Below, one piece after another: positions 57,727 through 64,000 of a DNA stretch of 64,000 nucleotides. The notes below the pieces were generated by a model that was not told the origin of the DNA, made no database searches, and saw nothing but the letters and a program-made list of their open reading frames with translations. The translations under genes and the position numbers were made by a program. Source of the stretch: an uncultured Nitrososphaerota archaeon (lineage in GTDB: Archaea > Thermoproteota > Methanomethylicia > Methanomethylicales > Methanomethylicaceae); assembly GCA_964634735.1 (NCBI GenBank), contig CAZWMA010000001.1, forward strand, positions 73,350 to 137,349, in the 5' to 3' direction. Position 1 is the first letter of the stretch. Every line of letters starts with the position of its first letter.

Positions 57727-58561
57727 ACGCCCCCGAGTTTCAAACGCTTTTTACGAAGGTACGCCATCCCGTCTAAGCGAGGAGCTTAGATGGTGCTTCC
57801 TTCACAAAGTCGGACCGCACTCTCTGCCTAGCGCAGAACGGTCAAGCCTTAAACGATCGTTGGCCATAGTCTCACCGCACGCGGGGTACGCTTATTCTGG
57901 ACCAGTCGCAGCCCACGGGTACCTCGCCCTCGCCCAAGAGCAGCCGCCTGATGTTGCCGTAATACTGGGGCCGAACCACACCGGGAATGGCGCAGGCATC
58001 TCAATATGGGGCGAGGGAGGATGGCTAACGCCAATGGGCAGGCTGGCAATCGATGAGCACGTTGCAAAAACTATTGCCGCTTCGGGCTCAGCAGAACTCG
58101 ACGAAGATGCCCACGAATATGAGCACTCCGTCGAGGTCCAGCTGCCTTTCCTGCAGTTTGTCTTTGGCAACAACTTAAAGATCGTTCCAATATGCATGAT
58201 GCTTCAAGATTATGAATCATCGAGAGAATTGGGGCTTTCAATCGCAGAAGCATTGAAGGGGCACCGCGCGATCATAATTGCAAGCACGGACTTTTCGCAT
58301 TATGTCCCATACAAGGAGGCTTACAGGAAGGACTCGATAGTCGGCAGTGCGATAACCGCCATGGACGCTAAAGCAGTCGAGGTTGCCGTGCGGCGTGAGG
58401 CAATAAGCATGTGCGGCCCTGGACCAGTGATGGCGACTATTACTGCTGCCCTTTCGATGGGTGCGGGGTCATGCGAGAAGCTCTGCTATGCGACATCCGG
58501 CGACACTTCAGGCGACAAGGACAAGGTAGTCGGATACGGCTCTTTTATCATGCGCGAGTAG
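57701..58561 (+). CDS. MEMO1-family protein (AmmeMemoRadiSam protein B)
   Basis: [37 protein letters not shown]. Confidence 0.93.
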   Translation: MASMNSRDRRPRVSNAFYEGTPSRLSEELRWCFLHKVGPHSLPSAERSSLKRSLAIVSPHAGYAYSGPVAAHGYLALAQEQPPDVAVILGPNHTGNGAGISIWGEGGWLTPMGRLAIDEHVAKTIAASGSAELDEDAHEYEHSVEVQLPFLQFVFGNNLKIVPICMMLQDYESSRELGLSIAEALKGHRAIIIASTDFSHYVPYKEAYRKDSIVGSAITAMDAKAVEVAVRREAISMCGPGPVMATITAALSMGAGSCEKLCYATSGDTSGDKDKVVGYGSFIMRE

Positions 58562-58630
58562 CTGGCGCCACAATAAAAAGCAAGGGTTAATTGATTTGCT
58601 GCAGCATATCTTAATGCGGCTGACCATACC

Positions 58631-59479
58631 ATGGCTCCGGAGAAGCACAACCTCTCGATTCCATACGCCATCCCTCTGCTGGGCGAATCATTCATTAGTG
58701 CGGGATCCCCGGTCATAGTCGCCGCCACAAACCTCAGGATGCGCGTCTCGTGCACCATCGAAGGATGCGGATTTGCGGACGCAGACATTGGCTCACTGCA
58801 GCTGAGAAAGGCTGCCAATCGCGCCCTGAAAGCTGCCGGCATCTCAGGTAAATTATCATTCTCATTTCCAGATCTTCAGATATGGGGGCAATCCGACGCC
58901 GATCTGCTTGCGACAGCTTCTTGCCTGTACTTGGCAGGTTCGGACACGATGGAATCGGTCGCTCCAATGCTCCTCAAAAACGCTGACGACAGGGCGTTCA
59001 TCGACCTGATGCGCGCCATGACGAGCCTTTCCGGTGGCTTTACAGCTGGGAGGCGTGGCGAAGGGCTGGTCTCAATCGATGGCAGCATGGGTGCCTTCAT
59101 CTGCGCCAAGCTCGCCAGGAAGCGACGGAGCGTAAGGCCCGCGCTAGCCCAATTTAGCGCCCTCTATCCCGAAGTTTCGGAACCGTTCTGGCACATGATC
59201 AGTCATTTGGCGCTTCAGGGGATAGACGCCATAAAGTCAAACGACGCCCCCATGCTTGGCAGGATCATGAGCTTGGAGGCGCGCCTCTCCCTCGCTGCTG
59301 GACTATCAAACGAACTGGAGCTGATGCGCCTGTCCAGGGCTATGCAGTCGCTTGGCTGCAAGCCTGTCTCATGCGACGGCGTCTCAGGAGAGCTGTACCT
59401 CATCGACGGGGTCATTGCGCCGCCATCCGGGCGCCTCATGCTGAAGTTTGAATCAGAGGGTGTTAATACTATTGGCTGA
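58631..59479 (+). CDS. Highly divergent mevalonate-kinase (GHMP) homologue, catalytic motifs eroded
   Basis: N-terminus SIPYAIPLLGES..GSPVIVAA aligns by eye to the MVK pattern SAPGKxxLxGEH..GxPAIAxA; occupies the usual mvk slot between MEMO and ipk. Confidence 0.55.
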   Translation: MAPEKHNLSIPYAIPLLGESFISAGSPVIVAATNLRMRVSCTIEGCGFADADIGSLQLRKAANRALKAAGISGKLSFSFPDLQIWGQSDADLLATASCLYLAGSDTMESVAPMLLKNADDRAFIDLMRAMTSLSGGFTAGRRGEGLVSIDGSMGAFICAKLARKRRSVRPALAQFSALYPEVSEPFWHMISHLALQGIDAIKSNDAPMLGRIMSLEARLSLAAGLSNELELMRLSRAMQSLGCKPVSCDGVSGELYLIDGVIAPPSGRLMLKFESEGVNTIG

Positions 59480-60236
59480 AGCTGATTTCGTTGTAAAGCT
59501 GGGCGGAAGCGCGATAACCCACAAAGACATCTCGTTCTCTGTAAATTCAGACGCAATGAGGCGGCTAGCCAAGGAGCTCTCAAAAGGTTCTAACAAGAAG
59601 GTGCTGCTGGTCTATGGCGGGGGGTCCTTCGGGCATGCCGCCGCAATCAAGCACCTCTCAGGAGGTATGGTGCGCTCCCCATCGGGCATCTCGGAGATTA
59701 GGGCTGCAATGCTCCGCCTCACAGTGGAACTGACCCAGACCTTAATCGAAGAGGGCATCCCGATTTTCGCAATGAATCCTTCTAGTTGCTTCGTCTATGA
59801 CCATGGCTCGATACGCTGCGGCAGCACCCCCATCGAGGTGATGTCGAATGCGCTTGAAGCAGGTCTTGTCCCCGCTATGGGAGGGGACATCATAATGGAC
59901 CGTGCGGGAGGGGCGCGCATACTGTCCGGCGACGCCATCGCCAGGATGCTTGCCCTGCGTTTCAAGGCAAAGACGCTCGCATTCGGGACGGATGTGGACG
60001 GCGTCATTGGGGCCGACGGCGTAATCCGCAGCATAAGCCGAAGGGAGCTGCCCACCGTGATAGAAAATGTCGGGGGGAGGACCGGCGATGTTACCGGAGG
60101 CATGGCAGGCAAGCTCAAAGAGATTCGCGGATTCCTCGCCAGGGGTGGTCGCGAGGTAGTGATCTTCAACGCCTGCAAACCGGGGCTTCTGGGCAAACTG
60201 CTCTCGGGCACGCCTGAAGGTACTATTATTAAATGA
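59472..60236 (+). CDS. ipk: Isopentenyl phosphate kinase
   Basis: VKLGGSAIT, GGGSFGH, ILSGD, DVTGGMAGK; synteny. Confidence 0.9.
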   Translation: MAEADFVVKLGGSAITHKDISFSVNSDAMRRLAKELSKGSNKKVLLVYGGGSFGHAAAIKHLSGGMVRSPSGISEIRAAMLRLTVELTQTLIEEGIPIFAMNPSSCFVYDHGSIRCGSTPIEVMSNALEAGLVPAMGGDIIMDRAGGARILSGDAIARMLALRFKAKTLAFGTDVDGVIGADGVIRSISRRELPTVIENVGGRTGDVTGGMAGKLKEIRGFLARGGREVVIFNACKPGLLGKLLSGTPEGTIIK

Positions 60237-60267
60237 GTTATTGCTTACTATCAATCAGGTAATCCTG

Positions 60268-61341
60268 ATGAGTTCTGACAGGAAGCTTACGCACTTGGAG
60301 ATCTGCAGGGACAAGGATGTCCGTGCGCGATGGGAGACGACCCACCTTGAAGACGTCGCGCTAGCACACTGCGCATTGCCCGAAATCAACTTCTCTGATG
60401 TAGACCTCAGCACCAAGCTCTATGGCAAGAACCTCGCTGCTCCGCTTCTAATCTCTGCCATGACAGGAGGCCATCCCGAGACAAAGAAGGTCAATGAGAA
60501 TTTGGCGAAGGCTGCCAAATCTATGGAGATAGGCATATGCGTTGGGAGCCAACGTGCCGCGATTGAGGATAAGCGCATGGCTGACAGCTTCAGGGTCGTG
60601 CGGGACGTATCGCAGGACCTGCTCGTCATCGGCAACATTGGCGCCTCGCAACTGCTCAGAGAGGACGTTTCCGATTACGCCCTAACCGCAATCGAGATGA
60701 TTGATGCAGACGCATTGGCGGTGCACCTTAACCCACTCCAGGAACTCGTCCAGCCCGGCGGCGACACGCGATACCGAGGGATCTTGGATGGTTTATCAAA
60801 GATCGCAAAATCTGTCAAGACGCCTCTCATAGTGAAAGAGACCGGGTGCGGAATATCCTCTGGCGTTGCAAAGGCGCTGATAGCGACCGGCATTCGAACG
60901 ATCGACGTTGCTGGGGTTGGCGGGACAAGCTGGGCTGCGGTAGAGCATTACAATGCCCTTATGCAGCATGACAATCTCCGTGCAGCCGCGGCCGAGACAT
61001 TCTGGGATTGGGGAATCCCAACCGCGATGAGCATATGCGAGGTCGCCTCACTGCGGTCAGGCATTACGCTGATCGCATCGGGCGGAATATCCAGTGGCCT
61101 AGATGTGGCTAAATCAATGGCGCTCGGCGCTGACCTTGCCGGAATCGCGCATCCCCTGCTCCAGCCTGCTTATTCCGGGGCATCCGAGGTAAAGAAGCGG
61201 ATTGCGCAGGTCATCTTCGAACTAAAGGTTGCCGCAATGCTCACCGGCTCAAAATCAGTTGATGAGCTCAAATCTGCAAGGCTCACACTCAACGGCGACC
61301 TGCTCAGCTGGGCCAATCAGAACAACATCGTTCTTAGGTGA
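60268..61341 (+). CDS. fni: Type 2 isopentenyl-diphosphate delta-isomerase
   Basis: RKLTHL, AMTGG, GSQR, HLNPLQE, VKETGCG, WDWGIPT. Confidence 0.96.
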   Translation: MSSDRKLTHLEICRDKDVRARWETTHLEDVALAHCALPEINFSDVDLSTKLYGKNLAAPLLISAMTGGHPETKKVNENLAKAAKSMEIGICVGSQRAAIEDKRMADSFRVVRDVSQDLLVIGNIGASQLLREDVSDYALTAIEMIDADALAVHLNPLQELVQPGGDTRYRGILDGLSKIAKSVKTPLIVKETGCGISSGVAKALIATGIRTIDVAGVGGTSWAAVEHYNALMQHDNLRAAAAETFWDWGIPTAMSICEVASLRSGITLIASGGISSGLDVAKSMALGADLAGIAHPLLQPAYSGASEVKKRIAQVIFELKVAAMLTGSKSVDELKSARLTLNGDLLSWANQNNIVLR

Positions 61342-62315
61342 TGAGTATGTTACAAGAAGAGATACAGGCGATTGCTGCAGACGTGAGTGCCATCCTTAAG
61401 AGTTCGCTTATGGACAACGGAAGCCTGCTGCACAAAGCAGCTTACCACCTGCCCGCTCTGGGCGGAAAGAGGATGCGCCCTTTTCTCGTAGCAAAATCAT
61501 GCGAAATTGTGGGCGGTTCGACCCAAAATGTCCTCCCGGCAGCCGCAGCGGTGGAACTGCTGCATAACTTCACGCTTGTCCACGACGACATCATGGATAA
61601 CGATCCGCTCAGGAGAGGTGTCCCCACAGTTCACACAATCTGGGGGACACCAATGGCGATACTCGCGGGGGACTTGATGTTCGCGAAGGCTTTCCAGATC
61701 CTGCTCCGAGCCGATGCAAGCGACCGCCGCATCCGAAATGCTGCTGACGCGCTTGCAACGTCAATGGTGGCGCTCTCAGATGGGCAGCACCTCGACATGT
61801 CCTTCGAAGAGCGGACAGACGTGCGCGAGGAGGAGTACCTCGCGATGATATCCGGGAAGACAGCTGCCCTTTTTGAGGCGAGCGGGAAGATAGGCGCTAT
61901 TATCGGCGGAGGATCCGACGAGGATGCCCTGAGGCTTGGTGAATACGGATGGAACATGGGTATGGCATTTCAGATATTCGACGATTATCTGGGGCTTACT
62001 TCAAAGGAGGAGGTGCTTGGAAAGGCAATCGGGAACGACATCCGCGAAGGCAAGAAGACGCTTATCGTCATAAGGGGGATGTCTTCGGACGCCGCCCCCC
62101 TCCTAAGCGAAGCTTTAGGAAAGAAGGGCACATCGAAAGCAAAGATGGCGAAGCTTCTGAAGAAGCTGCAGGAGAACGGCACACTTGACTATGCCTATTC
62201 GAAGGCAAAATCATATGTCGACACTGCCTTGAACTCACTATCGGCATTCCCGCAATCCAGCGCAAAGAACTCTCTGACATCTCTCGCCGAGATGGCAATA
62301 TCGAGGAAGAAGTAG
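61338..62315 (+). CDS. Geranylgeranyl-diphosphate synthase (polyprenyl synthetase)
   Basis: GGKRMRP, FTLVHDDIMD, RRG, GKTA, FQIFDDYL. Confidence 0.93.
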   Translation: MMSMLQEEIQAIAADVSAILKSSLMDNGSLLHKAAYHLPALGGKRMRPFLVAKSCEIVGGSTQNVLPAAAAVELLHNFTLVHDDIMDNDPLRRGVPTVHTIWGTPMAILAGDLMFAKAFQILLRADASDRRIRNAADALATSMVALSDGQHLDMSFEERTDVREEEYLAMISGKTAALFEASGKIGAIIGGGSDEDALRLGEYGWNMGMAFQIFDDYLGLTSKEEVLGKAIGNDIREGKKTLIVIRGMSSDAAPLLSEALGKKGTSKAKMAKLLKKLQENGTLDYAYSKAKSYVDTALNSLSAFPQSSAKNSLTSLAEMAISRKK

Positions 62316-62418
62316 GCAATTGCCCGTTCCTCCACCTCAAAACAGATAATAGCAAGGTGGACGATACAAAGTCGCGCCGGTCGGCTATGAAGTTACCAAC
62401 CGGCGACAGGCGATCACG

Positions 62419-64000
62419 ATGGCAGACTCTGAATCAATCCGCGCGATACTCGTGAAGCATGCGTTATCAAACGCCATCAAGTATGGCGGCAAGGCAAACC
62501 CCAACGCTGTAGCGGGGATGGCCCTATCAGAGGACCCATCATTAAAGGCTAATGCCAAGGAGGTATTCAGGCTAGCGGCAGAGGTTGCCTCCGAGGTGAA
62601 CAAGATGGGGCTAGACGCCATCAAGGCTAAAGCCGGCTCCATCGGCGTGCCCCCTCCAAAGGAGAAGCCGAAACAGGCTGAGCGCATCCTGCCTCCGCTC
62701 CCGAACGCGTCGAAGTACGCGAAGATAAAGGTCAGGTTCGCACCGAACCCAGACTCCGTCATACACCTCGGCAACACACGGGCAGCAATACTTAGCGATG
62801 AATACGCCAAGATATACGGTGGCTCTTTCGTCCTCAGATTTGAGGATACTTCCCCATCGATAAAGCCACCTCAAGCAGAGGCTTATGAAATCATAAAGCA
62901 AGACCTCAAGTGGCTGGGCGTGAACTGGGACGAGGAGGCGATACAGTCTGACAGGCTACCGATATATTATGATCATGCCCGAAATATCCTCGAGCTCGGT
63001 GGAGCCTACATCTGCACCTGCCCCGCCGAGTCTTTCAGGTCGTTAGCCACTCAGAAGAAGGCATGCCCTTGCCGGGACCTTCCGCCGGCTGAGCACCTGG
63101 AGCGGTGGGCGCGCATGCTGAACGGCAAGACCAAGCGTGGAGGGGCAGTCATGCGCGTAAAGACCGACCTCCAGCACCCCAACCCTGCGATCAGGGACTG
63201 GCCAGCCATGCGCATAGACACTGCGTCGCATCCGAGGATAGGCAAGAAGTACCGAGTCTGGCCACTTTACAACTTCGCCTCAGGCGTTGACGATCATTTG
63301 ATGGGCATAACCCACATCTTCCGCGGTAAGGAGCACGAGGTGAACATGCACCGCCAGAAGTACATGTACAAGTACTTTGGCTGGGACTATCCCGAGGCAA
63401 TTCACTACGGGCGCTTAAAGATCGTTGGCACAGTGCTCAGCAAGTCCAAAATCAGGGCAGGTATCGAGTCCGGGACTTACAAGGACTGGAGCGACCCGCG
63501 ATTGGGCACGATAGCTGCCTTAAGGCGCAGGGGGTTCCTCCCGGAGACGATAAGGAAGCTGATACTCGAATGCGGCGTGCGCCCATCCGAGGCCACAATA
63601 AGCTGGGAGAACATCGACTCCATTAACCGCAAGTTGCTCGACCCTGTCGTCAAGCGTTTTGTCTTCGTTGCCGATCCGGTGCCATTAGAGATTTCTGGGA
63701 TTCCAAAGCCCTTTAAGGCGAGAATGCCGCTTCACCCCGATCACCAAGATTGGGGCAGCCGCGAATTTGCCCTCTCACCAGGGTCACCTGTGATTTCCGT
63801 CCCGTCAGGAGACCTTGCGCAGCTCAAGAAGGGGTCTGCATTCAGGCTGATGAATCTCTTCAACGTTGAAGTAACCGGCAAGGGGAAGGGGCGGTTCATA
63901 AGCGAAGACGTCGCCGATGCCAAACGGCTTGGCGCGCATATAATCCAATGGATGCCCGAAGGTATGGGGGTTCCTCTCACAGTTGTTCGTCCCGACGCGA
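62419..64000 (+). CDS. gltX: Glutamate--tRNA ligase (runs off the window end)
   Basis: ALSNAIKYGGKA, RFAPNPDSVIHLG, LRFEDT, WPLYNFA, LSKSK, DPRLGT; open frame to the window end. Confidence 0.95.
   Translation, partial: MADSESIRAILVKHALSNAIKYGGKANPNAVAGMALSEDPSLKANAKEVFRLAAEVASEVNKMGLDAIKAKAGSIGVPPPKEKPKQAERILPPLPNASKYAKIKVRFAPNPDSVIHLGNTRAAILSDEYAKIYGGSFVLRFEDTSPSIKPPQAEAYEIIKQDLKWLGVNWDEEAIQSDRLPIYYDHARNILELGGAYICTCPAESFRSLATQKKACPCRDLPPAEHLERWARMLNGKTKRGGAVMRVKTDLQHPNPAIRDWPAMRIDTASHPRIGKKYRVWPLYNFASGVDDHLMGITHIFRGKEHEVNMHRQKYMYKYFGWDYPEAIHYGRLKIVGTVLSKSKIRAGIESGTYKDWSDPRLGTIAALRRRGFLPETIRKLILECGVRPSEATISWENIDSINRKLLDPVVKRFVFVADPVPLEISGIPKPFKARMPLHPDHQDWGSREFALSPGSPVISVPSGDLAQLKKGSAFRLMNLFNVEVTGKGKGRFISEDVADAKRLGAHIIQWMPEGMGVPLTVVRPDA

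Noticed and set aside
1..64000. CRISPR arrays, transposases, inteins, rRNA genes
   Set aside because: No spaced repeats, no matching ORFs, and the usual intein host proteins are of normal length

Overview
GC-rich archaeal core-genome window. The unsplit rpoB, split rpoA'/A'', str cluster without EF-2, rpoN-rps2 without rpoK or enolase, and PAS histidine kinase point to Thermoproteota/TACK, possibly Methanomethylicia (inference, not a database result). About two thirds is housekeeping: the RNA polymerase operon, str cluster, S10/spc/alpha ribosomal superoperon, isoprenoid cluster, ileS, valS and a partial gltX. There are four tRNAs, all with introns, one with two. Accessory parts are an AOR-family/nitrilase operon, a LigD phosphoesterase-DUF72 pair, archease-rtcB-MBL, a PiT transporter and a decayed FAD oxidoreductase. 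No CRISPR array, transposase, integrase or intein was seen. The most notable observations are: (1) a box C/D guide sRNA upstream of the valS unit; (2) a ~300-nt structured leader before a GVHH-type IleRS; (3) a C4 zinc ribbon inserted in Rpo5; (4) AT3-rich codon patches centred on empty intein insertion sites in rtcB, rpoA'' and rpoB; (5) a mevalonate-kinase homologue with eroded catalytic motifs; (6) a switch-like structured element between secY and adk. All counts and base pairings were made by eye and need computational confirmation.
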